Assembly (NCBI GenBank): GCA_963808235.1
Contig: CAWEEQ010000004.1
Coordinates: forward strand, 3,520,001 to 3,584,000
Length of the DNA stretch: 64,000 bases
Source: an uncultured delta proteobacterium
GTDB lineage: Bacteria; Desulfobacterota; Binatia; Binatales; Binataceae
Direction: 5' to 3'
A program made the position numbers and the translations under genes. The notes beneath the pieces were generated by a model. The model was not told the origin of the DNA and made no database searches. It was given only the letters and a program-made list of their open reading frames with translations. This document shows positions 9,728 through 20,772 of this stretch, piece by piece. Position 1 is the stretch's first letter. Every line of letters begins with the position of its first letter.

Positions 9728-10181
9728 AGCGAACGTTCTTCGGGATGCCGTCATGAGCTGCCGAAACGCCACCCGCGGCGCCTTGCCCGCAACTGATTCG
9801 GCGACTCGCCTATGCGCAAAATATTGTGGGTAATTCCATGCGTCGCTCTGAGCGTGGCACGCGGCGCGCCCGACGCTCATGCCCGAGGACAACCGTTGTC
9901 AGTTTGATAATGGTACTCTTATGTACTGAAGATGAACCACAGAAGAACCAGCCCAGCCATAGAGAGGAACTCCGTCAGCCCCGAACCGCGGAGACGAAAG
10001 AACTCTCGCCGACGCCCGTCGCCATTCTACGCGCCCGATGAAACGATCCGCCAACTGCCCGATACCGCGCCGGCCGGCAAGCTACGGCAAGGCCCCCAAA
10101 AAGTGAAAATTCTGGCTTTTTTACGAATATCAACTTCCCGCCCGCTAAAGCGAAATAAATCGAATTAGTTTTCGAATCTCC

Positions 10182-10667
10182 ATGAGCACCACGCATACCA
10201 TCGTCGTGAACGGCCAGCCGCATCAGGTGACGGTCGATCACTACGAAACCCCGCTTCTCTACGTGCTGCGCGACGACCTCGGTCTGAAGGGAGCGCGCTT
10301 CGGATGCGGCGTCGGAAGCTGCGGCTCGTGCACCGTGCTCGTCGACGGGCACGCCCAGCGCTCCTGCGAATTGCCGGTGTGGAGCGTCGAGGGCAAATCG
10401 ATCACGACCATCGAAGGCCTCGGCACCCTCGATCACCTTCATCCACTGCAGCGCGCCTTCATCGACTTCCAGGCCGGGCAGTGCGGCTACTGCCTGTCGG
10501 GAATCATCATGACGGCGGCAGAACTGATCGGCAGCGGCGTCGAGCCGTCGCGTGAGAAAATCGTCGCTGCGCTCGACGCCAACCTGTGCCGATGCGGCGC
10601 GCATGGGCGAATCATCAAGGCGATCGAGGCGGCGTGGAAATTGTCCATCAGTGGAGACTCGCGATGA
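10182..10667 (+). CDS. (2Fe-2S) small subunit of a Mo-hydroxylase (CoxS/IorA-like)
   Basis: FGCGVGSCGSCTV, QCGYC and NLCRCG. Confidence 0.93.
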   Translation: MSTTHTIVVNGQPHQVTVDHYETPLLYVLRDDLGLKGARFGCGVGSCGSCTVLVDGHAQRSCELPVWSVEGKSITTIEGLGTLDHLHPLQRAFIDFQAGQCGYCLSGIIMTAAELIGSGVEPSREKIVAALDANLCRCGAHGRIIKAIEAAWKLSISGDSR

Positions 10668-12793
10668 CGCAGCCGAGGCTCCCGTGGAGCATCGCGGAGA
10701 ATCCGCTTCTTTCCCAGTGGGTTGATTTCGGCGCAGCGGGCATCGCGCGCGTGTTTTCATCCAAGGTCGAGATCGGACAGGGAATCGTCACCGCCGTCGC
10801 GCAAATCGCCGCCGCCGAGCTCAAGCTCCCGATGTCGAAGGTGGTCGTCGTGTCGGGCGATACCCGATTCTGCCCGAATGAAAGCTACACCGCCGGCAGC
10901 ATGTCGATCGAAATCGGCGGCACTTCCGTCAGGATGGCGTGTGCCGACGCACTCCGCGCGATCGTCGAGCGCGCCGCGCGCATGCTCGATGCGGACGAGT
11001 CGCGCGTCACCGCCGACGGCGGGCGCATTCTACTCGATGGGACGCCGTCGGGACTCGACTACTGGAGTGTCGCGCGCGAAGTTGACTGGAAGCGCGCGAT
11101 CACGGGAACGGCGCCGTTCAGTTCGGCCGAGAGCTCGACCTCGATCGGCAAGAACGTTGCGCGTCTCGATCTTCCGGCGAAGGTCGCGGGCAGCGCTTTC
11201 ATCCACGACTTCGAATTGCCGGGAATGATTCATGGACGCGTGATGCGGCCGCCTTCCTACGGCGCGCGGCTCGAATCGCTCGATGAGTCTGCGGCGGCGC
11301 GGCTTCCCGGAGTGGTCAAGATTTGGCGCAGCGGCGACTTCGTCGGCGTCTGTTGCGAGCGTGAGTACCAAGCGGTCAAGGCGATCGAAGCGATCCGCGC
11401 GGCTGCACGCTGGATCGAGAGCGAAGTATCCGCCGACACTCGAAGCTGGCGCGAATTGCTCCCCACCCTTCGCTCGATCGATTCGCGAGACTGAGGCGGG
11501 CGAGCGTCCGGTCCCGGCGCAACGTGCGGCGCGTGTCGGCGACTTATTCGCGGCCTCCGATCGCGCACGCCTCGATGGCGCCTTCATGCGCAGTCGCACT
11601 CTATGACGATGGACAGTTGACGGTCTGGACGCACTCGCAAGGCGTCTTCCCGCTTCGCGGTGCGCTCGCGTCCGCGCTTGGTCTCGACGAATCACGCGTC
11701 GCCGTGATTCATGTGCAAGGCGCTGGAGTATACGGGCACAACGGTGCCGACGACGCCGCGCTCGACGCGGCCCTGCTCGCGCGCCAGGTTCCGTCGCGCC
11801 CGGTGCGCATCCAGTGGAGCCGCGAGGATGAACTCGCATGGTCGCCGCTGGGCTCGCCGATGGTCGTCAAGATCGAAAGCGCGCTAAGCCCGGCCGGCGA
11901 CATCGTCGATTGGACGAGCGAGATCTGGAGCGGACCGCACGGCCAGCGGCCTCGCGCGCACGGACCAGTCAACCTTCTGGCCGCAGGTCACGTCGATCCG
12001 CCGATCACCTCTCCCGAGGCGTACGAAGTTATGTCGGGATTCGCCGGCGGTGCTCGAAATTCCGAACCGGCATACGATCTGCCCCATCGAAAGATCGTGT
12101 TGCACAGTCTGCCCGGGTTTGCCGTTTCGAACTTCCGCGCTGCGCACCCTTGGCGGTTACGCGAACGTGTTCGCAACCGAATCGTTCATGGACGAACTGG
12201 CCGACGCCGCGCGCGTCGATCCCGTCGAGTTCAGGCTGCGCTACTTGTCGGACGCGCGCGCGCGACGGGTGATCGAGACAGCCGCGCGTCGAGCGAACTG
12301 GCAGTTCAATGCGGAACGCGGCACCGGCCGCGCGGCGGGAATCGGCTTCGCTCGATACAAGAACACCGCGGCATACGTGGCGGTCGTTGCTGACGTTGAT
12401 GTTAGTGAAGCGGTACGGGTCTCCAGGGTCGTCGCTGCGGTCGATGCGGGACTGGTGATCAATCCCGACGGGGTGATCAATCAAATTGAAGGCGGCATCG
12501 TGCAATCGATCAGCTGGACGCTCAAGGAGCAAGTCGTCTTCGACGGCCACCGCGTTACCACGCGGACCTGGGAAACGTATCCCATTCTGCGCTTCGATGA
12601 GGCGCCTCTGCTCGAGGTCGAGCTGATCGAGCGGCCGGATTCTCCGCCGCTTGGAGTGGGAGAGGCGGCGCATGGTCCTGCGGCCGCCGCAGTCGCGAAT
12701 GCGGTGGCGCGGGCGCTCGACTTGCGCGTCCGGGATTTGCCGATCACGCGCGAGCGTGTCGTCGCGGCCAGCGTCGCTACGCCTCGCCAATAG
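10664..12793 (+). CDS. Molybdopterin-binding large subunit (isoquinoline/nicotinate dehydrogenase-like); frameshifted near 11486-11520 and 12120
   Basis: Three ORF pieces give consecutive family motifs: SKVEIGQGI/TAGSMS; HASMAPSCA/HSQG/GAGVYGHNGADD; RTSALRTLG/NQIEGGIVQ/PLGVGEAA. ATG 10664 overlaps the small-subunit stop. Confidence 0.85.
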
Positions 12794-12835
12794 TTTGCGG
12801 CGCGGAAAATTATTTCAAGGAGGTCACAATCGCCA

Positions 12836-13795
12836 ATGACCAAGCATCCGATTCGATTTGGGTTCCAGTCCGGACAACAGAACGTCACGTGGGAGCGGAT
12901 GCGCGACGTGTGGGGGAAGTTCGACGCCTGGGGCTACGACTCGCTGTGGGCGTTCGATCACTTCTATCCGATCTTCACGCCCGATCCGGCCGGCCCCTGC
13001 ATGGAGAACTGGACGCTGCTGTCGGCGCTCAGTCAGCGTACCAAGCGCGCTCGCATCGGCGCGCTCGTCAACAGCAACACCTATCGAAATCCGTGCCTCA
13101 CAGCGAAGATGGCGGCGACGCTCGATCACGTGAGCGGGGGCAGGCTCAATCTTGGCCTGGGTGCCGGATGGTACGAGCTCGAGCATCGGAGCTTCGGCTT
13201 CGACTTCAAGACCGTGCGCGGGCGTCTCGAAGCGCTCGACGAGTCATGCGACATCATCAAGCGGATGTTCACCGAGGACAAAACCACCGTCGAGGGCAGG
13301 CACTACCACGTGGTCGACGCGGTTTGTAATCCCAAGCCGCTCCAGAAACCGCGCATCCCGATGATGATTGGCGGGCGCGGAGAAAAATCACTTTTGAAGA
13401 TCGTCGCGAAGCATGCCGATATGTGGAATACGATGCATGCGAATCCGGCCGAGATGAAACGCCTGATCGATGTCATCGAGCGGCACGGAGACACCGTCGG
13501 GCGCGACACCGACGAAATAGAAAAGACGATCATGATGCCGCTCTGCTACAAGGCGTCCAAAGATCGCGAGGAGATGATCTCCGCAACCGTTGCGGGGATG
13601 GCGCGAATCACTCCTGCAGAGGCGCGCGATCGAATCATGATTGGGAGCAAAGACGAGTGCCTCGATAAGATCGCGCAGTACACAAAAGTCGGCGTCACAC
13701 ACTTCATCTTCAACTTGCGCTGGCCAATTCTCGTCGAGGAAGAATTTCAGGCATTCGCCGAAGAAGTGATTCCGTCGGTCCGTCGCGGTGGATGA
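12836..13795 (+). CDS. LLM-class, probably F420-dependent oxidoreductase (Rv1855c/TIGR03560-like)
   Basis: SLWAFDHFYP, YRNPCLTAKMAATLDHVSGGRLNLGLGAGW and PKPLQKPRIPMMIGGRGEK; AGGAGG RBS. Confidence 0.88.
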   Translation: MTKHPIRFGFQSGQQNVTWERMRDVWGKFDAWGYDSLWAFDHFYPIFTPDPAGPCMENWTLLSALSQRTKRARIGALVNSNTYRNPCLTAKMAATLDHVSGGRLNLGLGAGWYELEHRSFGFDFKTVRGRLEALDESCDIIKRMFTEDKTTVEGRHYHVVDAVCNPKPLQKPRIPMMIGGRGEKSLLKIVAKHADMWNTMHANPAEMKRLIDVIERHGDTVGRDTDEIEKTIMMPLCYKASKDREEMISATVAGMARITPAEARDRIMIGSKDECLDKIAQYTKVGVTHFIFNLRWPILVEEEFQAFAEEVIPSVRRGG

Positions 13796-13811
13796 CTCTA
13801 CCAGCCCTTAA

Positions 13812-15128
13812 CTAGGGCGAAGACGTGTCTTGAGCTTCGATTGGGGAGCCGTCGATTCGACTTTGCTTCCAAACCTCGGGAAGGAATTCATGATAACGAA
13901 TGGCGCCATCGCCAATCATGACGAAGACCGCCGGACCGCGCTGATCAAGCTTGTGTGCGGTGGTAGTGGGCAGGCTTTTGTCGAGAATTCCCGAATAGAG
14001 CTGATCGAAGTTGTCGGCGGAACCTGCGTCCCGAAACGTGAGCATCCATAGCACGGTCAGCGATTTTCCCTTTTGTAACGCGACGATCCGATCGCCCGCC
14101 CACTTAGTCGCGGCCTGCAGGTAAGGTGTCTGCTCGCCCATCGTGCGCTCGAGCATTATCTTGAGCATCAACTCACCTAGCGAGTCCTCGTCGACCTTCT
14201 TCCAATCGTGCAGTACCTTCTCGTAACCGGCGAGCTTGACGGTTTTGGCGAACGTCGGATGGTCGAAGTAAAGCTCGGGATGCATAATCTGTTGCGTCGA
14301 TAGCGGCGGCCCATTGAAGAGGGCATTCACACCGTCCCACTTTTTGCGATGGTAAGCCTCGGCGACAAAGCGAGCGCCTTCTGTGTACTGAAAGAGGACC
14401 GGATACGTGATCGCGCGCGGCTTACCTTCCTCTTGTCCCATGAAGATAGGAACGATGTCCTGTAGATTACGGTCGAAGTAGTCGATCGTCCGGTCATCCA
14501 CGCGCCCAGTCACGACTGAAAATCCGGACAGGGTAGCATCGCCTTCGACGATTGCCTTGAAGGCGAGTTCGCGGTCGGTATTTCCCTTGTACTTCTTTTG
14601 CGTGGCGCCGATGTCAAAGTGCTGGTCCTGAAGTGCGTGGGTCAGCTCGTGCCCCATCACGCCAGCGGTTTGGAGTTTCTTGAACACTGTCACAGCATTT
14701 CGATATCGCGCCGGCAAAGCGATCGCGACAGGACGATCGACAATGACGATGTCCTTATGACGAGGATCGTAGAAGCCTGCCAGCTCAAGGCTGATGTCGG
14801 CGAGGTTGTTGCGTTCGATTTTCAGATCGGGCGGATAGAGAGCGATCATCTTGCCCTCCGCCAGCCCGATATCGATATCTTCCTGGCTAGTCTGCTGCGC
14901 GAACTCGGTTCGGAATCTGGATTCGGTCTCGGCGACGCTGAGATACGACACCGAAGTATCGCCCTTCAGCTTGAGCCCGCGTATCTTCTGAACGCGAGCC
15001 TTGACCTCTGCGGCCTCGTTGCCGCTAAGAGCGTCTTCCTGCGCGACACCCAGTTTGCAGAAAAGTGCAGCGACAACGCATGCGGATACGATTATCGCGA
15101 TAAACAGTCTAGCGCGGGTTCCCCCCAA
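13812..15128 (-). CDS. Secreted zincin-like (HExxH) protein
   Basis: Signal peptide after TTG 15128; AGFYDP, HELTHALQDQHF, AIVEGDAT and PPLSTQQIMHPE. Start codon uncertain. Confidence 0.7.
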   Translation of the reverse strand: MGGTRARLFIAIIVSACVVAALFCKLGVAQEDALSGNEAAEVKARVQKIRGLKLKGDTSVSYLSVAETESRFRTEFAQQTSQEDIDIGLAEGKMIALYPPDLKIERNNLADISLELAGFYDPRHKDIVIVDRPVAIALPARYRNAVTVFKKLQTAGVMGHELTHALQDQHFDIGATQKKYKGNTDRELAFKAIVEGDATLSGFSVVTGRVDDRTIDYFDRNLQDIVPIFMGQEEGKPRAITYPVLFQYTEGARFVAEAYHRKKWDGVNALFNGPPLSTQQIMHPELYFDHPTFAKTVKLAGYEKVLHDWKKVDEDSLGELMLKIMLERTMGEQTPYLQAATKWAGDRIVALQKGKSLTVLWMLTFRDAGSADNFDQLYSGILDKSLPTTTAHKLDQRGPAVFVMIGDGAIRYHEFLPEVWKQSRIDGSPIEAQDTSSP

Positions 15129-15232
15129 AATACGTCCCTTCCTACTCGGTCGCACCTCATTAGCGGGGTTTCCAACGGAAGGCAACCGGCGATGATTCAG
15201 TAACTGACGCCGGCAAGTGCTAATCTCGCGGC

Positions 15233-16108
15233 GTGAGATTGCATCTCGTCGATGGTACCTACGAGCTCTATCGGGCGCACTATGCGCCGCGTCCCGGTCA
15301 CTACGCACCTAACGGAGCTGATGCTAAAGCTACCGTCGGCATCGTGGAGTCGCTATTGGCCTTGCTACACGATCCTGCGGAAGCGGTCACTCATATTGCG
15401 GTCGTATTCGATAATCCGATCCACTCGTTTCGCAACGATCTCTTCCTCCAATACAAAAGTGACGAAGGTGTTCCTCCTGAATTGCGCTCCCAGTTCGATG
15501 CTGCCGAAGACGCTGTTCGCTCGATCGGCATGAAGGTCTGGTCGATGCGCGCGTACGAGGCGGACGACGGTCTCGCCAGCGGCGCGCGCCGATTTCGCGA
15601 CCAGGTCGAGCAAGTGCGAATTCTCACGCCGGACAAGGACCTCGGTCAGTGTTTGCAGGGCGAGCGAGTAGTGCAGGTCGACCGACGCCAAAAGAAGGTG
15701 GTGAGTGAGGCGGTGTTTCGCATCGAGCGCGGCTTCGCACCGGATAGCATGCCAGACTACCTGGCGCTGACGGGCGATGCGGCTGACGGATTTCCCGGGC
15801 TGCCGGGCTTTGGCAAGAAGAGCGCATCGATCCTGATCGGCGCCTATGAGCGGCTCGAGCGGATTCCTGATGATCCGTCGGATTGGAGGGTCAAGCCACG
15901 CGGCGCAATCCAGCTAGCGGCCACACTGAAGGAGCATCGCAACGACGCGCTTCTTTACCGACGGTTGGCGACCTTGGTCGACACTGTTCCACTCGACGAC
16001 TCACTAGAGGATCTGGAATTTCGCGGAGTACCTCGAGCTCGATTCGAGCAGTGGTGCGACGAGCTAGGTGTGAGCAGGCTGAAGACAGTGCCTCGAAGAT
16101 GGCAATGA
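15233..16108 (+). CDS. Stand-alone 5'-3' exonuclease / flap endonuclease
   Basis: LHLVDGT, YEADD, TPDKDLGQ and helix-hairpin-helix LALTGDAADGFPGLPGFGKKSA; no polymerase domain. Confidence 0.9.
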   Translation: MRLHLVDGTYELYRAHYAPRPGHYAPNGADAKATVGIVESLLALLHDPAEAVTHIAVVFDNPIHSFRNDLFLQYKSDEGVPPELRSQFDAAEDAVRSIGMKVWSMRAYEADDGLASGARRFRDQVEQVRILTPDKDLGQCLQGERVVQVDRRQKKVVSEAVFRIERGFAPDSMPDYLALTGDAADGFPGLPGFGKKSASILIGAYERLERIPDDPSDWRVKPRGAIQLAATLKEHRNDALLYRRLATLVDTVPLDDSLEDLEFRGVPRARFEQWCDELGVSRLKTVPRRWQ

Positions 16109-16118
16109 TAGTCTCCAC

Positions 16119-17106
16119 CTAAACGGATCGCAGGAGCGCTTGAGCATTGCGTTCGAGGATTTTCGCTTCGTCGTCGCCGCTCAGTTTGAGGGCTCTGACT
16201 TCCTCCACAGGATGAGCGAGACCGGCCGGCAGCGGATAGTCACTGCCCAGCACAAATCTATCTGCCCCGTAAGTCTTTACCAGGTGGCCAAGCATTTCGC
16301 GGTTGTGCGCGATGACATCGAAGTAGAACTGCGACAAGTAAGTCGACGGCGGACGCGGAATCGCGTTGCGGCATTCGGGAACGAGCCGGTATCCCATATC
16401 GAGTCGCCCCACCAATGCGGGCAACGCTCCGCCCGCATGATAGAGAACGACGCGTAGATTAGGATGGCGTTCGAGCACTCCGCCATAAATCAACAGCGCG
16501 GCAGCGAGTCCGGTGTCGTAAAGATTGCCGACCAGGTTGCCGAGGAAATATCTGGAAAGCGCTCCAGTCGGCGCTGCTTCAAACGGATGGATACAAACCG
16601 ACCATCCCCAGCGCCTCCGCAGCTTCCCAGAAGATCTCGAAATCTGACTCATCAAGCTGACGCTCAAGGACTTTCGGCGGAATCTCGACTCCACGAAGTC
16701 CCAGCTTCGCGGCGCGCTCCAGCTCCTTGGACGCTGCGCCCGGATCCTGAATCGGCACCGATGCCAACGGTACGAAATGAGCGGGATCGCTGGCTCCCAG
16801 AGCCTCCATCGCATCATTGTTGACTTGCGCGATCGCTAGCCCAAGGCTGGCATCGACATCCGGGTACATCAAAAACGGAACACAAGATACGGCCTGCGTC
16901 GCGATGCCCTCGCGGTCCATGTCCGCGATCCGTGCGCGCGCATTCGAGATAGGTCCGTCGATCGGACGCATCGCCTTTTCCTGGATCATGAAGAAGCGGC
17001 GGCCGTCGCGCTCGACGACCCTGGTTGCGAAGTGCTTGCCTTCGCGGATCAGAAAATCGATCACCTCAGGCGCGACGAAGTGATTGTGCATGTCGATGAC
17101 GTTCAT
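16119..17106 (-). CDS. Amidohydrolase_2-family protein (ACMSD-like decarboxylase/hydratase); frameshift near 16598
   Basis: IDMHNH in the 5' piece; CIHP, YHAGGALP and VLGSDYP in the 3' piece. Removing one G from GTCGGTTTGT gives GMVVCIHPF. Confidence 0.8.
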
Positions 17107-17132
17107 GCGCCCTACCACCGTAACTTTTCGTG

Positions 17133-17624
17133 TTACAGGATGAAACTGATTTTCCCGTGCGGACGAAGGGCCTCGTTATCAAGGATGGCTCTTCGCTGCC
17201 GAATTTTCAGATTGCTCCCCATACGCGCAAGCTTGTAGTCATAGCGGCCGATATACGTATCCACCGACTCGTAGCGCATCCGATAGACGGCAAAGTTCGC
17301 GGTCGCGAAAATGTCTTCGCCCTCAGCCGCAATCACGCGCACGTTGGATATCATACGCCGGGTGCGCGACCGTGGATTTTCCGACCACGCCGACTTGCCT
17401 AGTAGCTGCTTGACGCGAGATCGAATTCGCACCGCATCGTCGGCTATAATGAACAGCGTGTTCCGTGAGTCACCCTCGGGAACGTCGGTCGGTGGGATTT
17501 CGTAAGTCGCGTCTTCGGTAAGAAGCTCGAGCCATTCGTCGAGCCGCCACTCGTCTAGAAGCGCGGCCTCCTTGTATAATAGGTCTTCTACTTCATCGCG
17601 ACTGGGCAGGTCGGTGTTACTCAC
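17133..17624 (-). CDS. Aromatic ring-hydroxylating dioxygenase beta subunit
   Basis: LYKEAALLDEWRLDEWLELL and WSENPRSRTRRMISNV; GTG overlaps the alpha-subunit stop. Confidence 0.93.
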   Translation of the reverse strand: MSNTDLPSRDEVEDLLYKEAALLDEWRLDEWLELLTEDATYEIPPTDVPEGDSRNTLFIIADDAVRIRSRVKQLLGKSAWSENPRSRTRRMISNVRVIAAEGEDIFATANFAVYRMRYESVDTYIGRYDYKLARMGSNLKIRQRRAILDNEALRPHGKISFIL

Positions 17625-18913
17625 GCCGCTTTCCTCGCGCGCCTTACTTGAGGCTCCGTCATGAGCTGATTCCACCTACGCCAGAAAGCGCGCATCTGCA
17701 GTTCGTCGGTGATCGACGGATGCTCGCGCTTCATGCCGCGCGAAATGTCGGACCATCCGACCTCACGATTGGCAAAGCCGCGCTGACATGATTCGAGCAT
17801 CTCGACGTCGTCCGGCGTCGCGAATCCTCCGGGGCCGAGGAAGGTCAGGAAGTTGTCCAGGCGCAGTGCGGAATCTTCGGCGCTCTCTTCGGCCGGCGCC
17901 AACGCCCACGCGTTCACCTCCATGTAGTCGGGTGACACCGGATAGAAAGTGCGCACCGTGATCGCCATAATGTCATTGATTACGAGATTAGGAAAAATTC
18001 CGAGATTGCGGCTGGTCTCACAGATGCGACGCGCCCTCTCGGGACCGAAGCGATCGTCGAATCGGCGCCGCAACTGTTCGAAGTGCGTTTTGCGATGCTC
18101 TCCGAACGGCGCTACCCAGTGCGCGATCGGGCGTCCCCACGCGCTCTGATATTCCACCACCGCGTGACCGTTGCCGAGATCGACCGCCTGCTGACTCTTC
18201 GGCGAGGACAGATTCATGTTTTTCAAATCGACGCCGATGTCTCCGAGAAAACTGAAGTAGCGCTGATGCGTCGGCAGGCCGTGATAGCCGTCGTAACTAT
18301 TCTCTACCAGCAGCTTCCAGTTGGCGCGCGCGCTGTATGACTGCTGACCCGCTACGATCTTCATTCCTAATTCGGACTGATCGACTACCAGGTCGAGATA
18401 CTCTCTTGCCCCGGCCAGGTAGTCATAGAGGCTTTGCGCAGCAAGGTCGAAGCAGGCGAATATGAATCCGCGGTAACTATCCACCTGAGGCGGGGTAGCT
18501 AGCCCCATTTCATCGCGCTTAAACGCGTCGCTATAGGAGTCCTCACCTGGCACTCCAACCAGTTGGCCTCGCGAGTTGTAAGTCCATGCATGGTAAGGAC
18601 ATTGAAATGTCCGCGCGTTGCCGGACTTCTGCCGGCAGACCAGCGACCCACGATGCGTGCAAGTGTTAAGGAGGACGCGCACCACGCTGTCATCGCCGCG
18701 AACCAGGATGAGCGGGTGGCCTGTTACAGTCCTGGAGCGATAGTCACCCGCGTGCGGAACCTCCGACTCATGACCTACATATATCCAGCACTTATCGAAG
18801 ACCCGCCGCCGCTCCTGCGCGAGGCATTCGGGATCGGTGAAGGCCCGTCGATTCACGCGAAACAGTCCCGCGTCCTCATCATCGATGATAAAGCTCTCGG
18901 TAGATTTATCCAT
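17621..18913 (-). CDS. Rieske ring-hydroxylating dioxygenase alpha subunit (p-cumate/benzoate-dioxygenase-like)
   Basis: Rieske motif CTHRG...CPYHAW; mononuclear Fe ligands in NWKLLVENSYDGYHGLPTH and TPDD. Confidence 0.94.
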   Translation of the reverse strand: MDKSTESFIIDDEDAGLFRVNRRAFTDPECLAQERRRVFDKCWIYVGHESEVPHAGDYRSRTVTGHPLILVRGDDSVVRVLLNTCTHRGSLVCRQKSGNARTFQCPYHAWTYNSRGQLVGVPGEDSYSDAFKRDEMGLATPPQVDSYRGFIFACFDLAAQSLYDYLAGAREYLDLVVDQSELGMKIVAGQQSYSARANWKLLVENSYDGYHGLPTHQRYFSFLGDIGVDLKNMNLSSPKSQQAVDLGNGHAVVEYQSAWGRPIAHWVAPFGEHRKTHFEQLRRRFDDRFGPERARRICETSRNLGIFPNLVINDIMAITVRTFYPVSPDYMEVNAWALAPAEESAEDSALRLDNFLTFLGPGGFATPDDVEMLESCQRGFANREVGWSDISRGMKREHPSITDELQMRAFWRRWNQLMTEPQVRRARKAA

Positions 18914-18922
18914 ATTGCCTCT

Positions 18923-19735
18923 CTACTCGTCCGACGGATTCCACGCCCAGTAACTCGCAATCGCGCCGGCATCAACGCGCAAATCGGTTCCCGTGATCAT
19001 GCCCGCGTCGTCCGACGCGAGAAATACCGCAGCGCGTCCGTAGTCGCGGGGACTCGGCAGCTTTTGCATCGGCACGCGGGTGCGAAATGGCTCGAAAGCC
19101 TGCTTGAGTCGCTCTTCGTTCGGAACCTTGCGGCCCCACCTTGCGGCGCGATCGAGCGACTCCGACGGATCGGTCGCGGTCGGCGTCAGGCTGTTGACGC
19201 GGATGCCATGCGCGACCAGCTCCATCGCCGCGGAGCGCGTGAAATTCAGCAACCCACTCTTGGCCGTGCAGTACGCGATGTTGTTCGGCTCGCCCTGATG
19301 CCCCGCGGTCGAAATAATATTGATGATGCTGCCTTTGCGATTCTGTTCGATCATCAACTTCGCCACGTGCTTGGTGAACAGGAAAGCGCCGGTCAGAATG
19401 ATCTCGAGTTGACGCTGCCATTCATCGAGCGGCATGTCGATCACTCCCTTCTTATTGAAGATCGCCGCGTTGTTCACCAGGATGTCGATTCCGCCCAATG
19501 ACTCGCGCGCGGCGGCGACTGCGCCGTCAACCTGGCGCTCGTCGGTCACATCGCACGTCAACGCGATCGCGCGACCGCCTACGCTTTTGATGTAGCGCGC
19601 GCAGTCGGCGGCATTTTCGGCGCGCGAATCGACGCACACGAGCGCCGCGCCCTCGGCCGCAAGACCCTCGGCAATACCGCCGCCGATATTCGTGCTGGTT
19701 CCAGTCACCAGGGCCACTTTCTCACTCAGTTTCAT
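18923..19735 (-). CDS. Short-chain dehydrogenase (candidate cis-dihydrodiol dehydrogenase)
   Basis: TGTSTNIG (variant Gly motif), NNA, catalytic YCTAK and GIRVN. Confidence 0.88.
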   Translation of the reverse strand: MKLSEKVALVTGTSTNIGGGIAEGLAAEGAALVCVDSRAENAADCARYIKSVGGRAIALTCDVTDERQVDGAVAAARESLGGIDILVNNAAIFNKKGVIDMPLDEWQRQLEIILTGAFLFTKHVAKLMIEQNRKGSIINIISTAGHQGEPNNIAYCTAKSGLLNFTRSAAMELVAHGIRVNSLTPTATDPSESLDRAARWGRKVPNEERLKQAFEPFRTRVPMQKLPSPRDYGRAAVFLASDDAGMITGTDLRVDAGAIASYWAWNPSDE

Positions 19736-20772
19736 CGCGGCGGCGCCATCAGAAAACACTTCGAGGAATTGAAAATCCACGTATCGATGAATTCAGTGTC
19801 CGCCGGCTTGCGATGAAGCTCAGCGAGAGCACCGGCCAGGCACATCCAATTGAGAATTTCCTGCTGGCCGCTTGCTTCGACTGATGCCGCCGGATAATTC
19901 CGCCACGCGTCGTAGTTGCCCGCGCGCAACGCGTCGAACAGCGTGCGATCCGCGGGCGTATCCGGATACAGGAAGTGATTCTTTTGCGTGAGGAAAGCGT
20001 GCGACCAACCCGACGACGCCATCAGCGCGACCCGCCACGGACTATCCGCAAAGATGCGCGCGGTTGCGGCGCCGAGATCAAATAATCGACGCGGCGTCGG
20101 CGCAGGCGGATCGAGTTGTGCCTCCGAAGGTGGATTTTCAAACATCGGCAACCCGCCGCGCTGCGCGATCACTCTGCGCCCATAGCAATTGATTGCGAAT
20201 GGAATGATCGGATACGGAAACCCCTTGCGATCGTAGTCGAGGAACATCACCGCGTTGGCGAACGCGTGACCGAGCGGATGATGCAGCGGCTTGTAGGAGT
20301 AGGCCGCGTCGAACCCCGCCTCGATCAGGCCGTTGGCAAGAAATTTGGCGGCGGCCACGTTGCCCGAGGAGCGGAATTTTTTCCCGGCCGGCTCATTCCA
20401 GATATTGTTCGCCGGCGGTCCGAACTCAAAGGAATCGTGCGCCAGGATGCAGTAAGGCGGGATCACGTCCTCGCGGAAATTTTCGTACTGATCGTCGCCC
20501 CACACGACGATGAAATCGGGATGAAACTCGTCGATTTGCGCGCGCGCCTTGCGCAGCGATTGAAGCAGACGCTCGCGATGCTTCCGCGCGGAGGTGACGC
20601 CTTCGTCATTGCCCCACTCCGCGCGCATCGCCTCCGGCCAATTCTCAGCGCTCCGATATTTTTCCGGCAGATGCGGATTCTGGAGCATCCGCTTTAGAAT
20701 CCACGCCATCGCTTCGTCACGTCCGGCGAGCGGCGGATAGTGGGTAATTCCAATCGCCAGGATCTCACCCAT
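19732..20772 (-). CDS. LigB-superfamily (class III) extradiol ring-cleavage dioxygenase
   Basis: GITHYPPL, WGDDQYENF, LGHAF, SSGWSHAFL and GQQEILNW. Confidence 0.82.
   Translation of the reverse strand: MGEILAIGITHYPPLAGRDEAMAWILKRMLQNPHLPEKYRSAENWPEAMRAEWGNDEGVTSARKHRERLLQSLRKARAQIDEFHPDFIVVWGDDQYENFREDVIPPYCILAHDSFEFGPPANNIWNEPAGKKFRSSGNVAAAKFLANGLIEAGFDAAYSYKPLHHPLGHAFANAVMFLDYDRKGFPYPIIPFAINCYGRRVIAQRGGLPMFENPPSEAQLDPPAPTPRRLFDLGAATARIFADSPWRVALMASSGWSHAFLTQKNHFLYPDTPADRTLFDALRAGNYDAWRNYPAASVEASGQQEILNWMCLAGALAELHRKPADTEFIDTWIFNSSKCFLMAPPR

Noticed and set aside
11480-12125. Programmed ribosomal frameshifting in the Mo-hydroxylase large subunit
   Set aside because: No X-XXY-YYZ slippery site at the breaks, and similar indels occur in unrelated genes.
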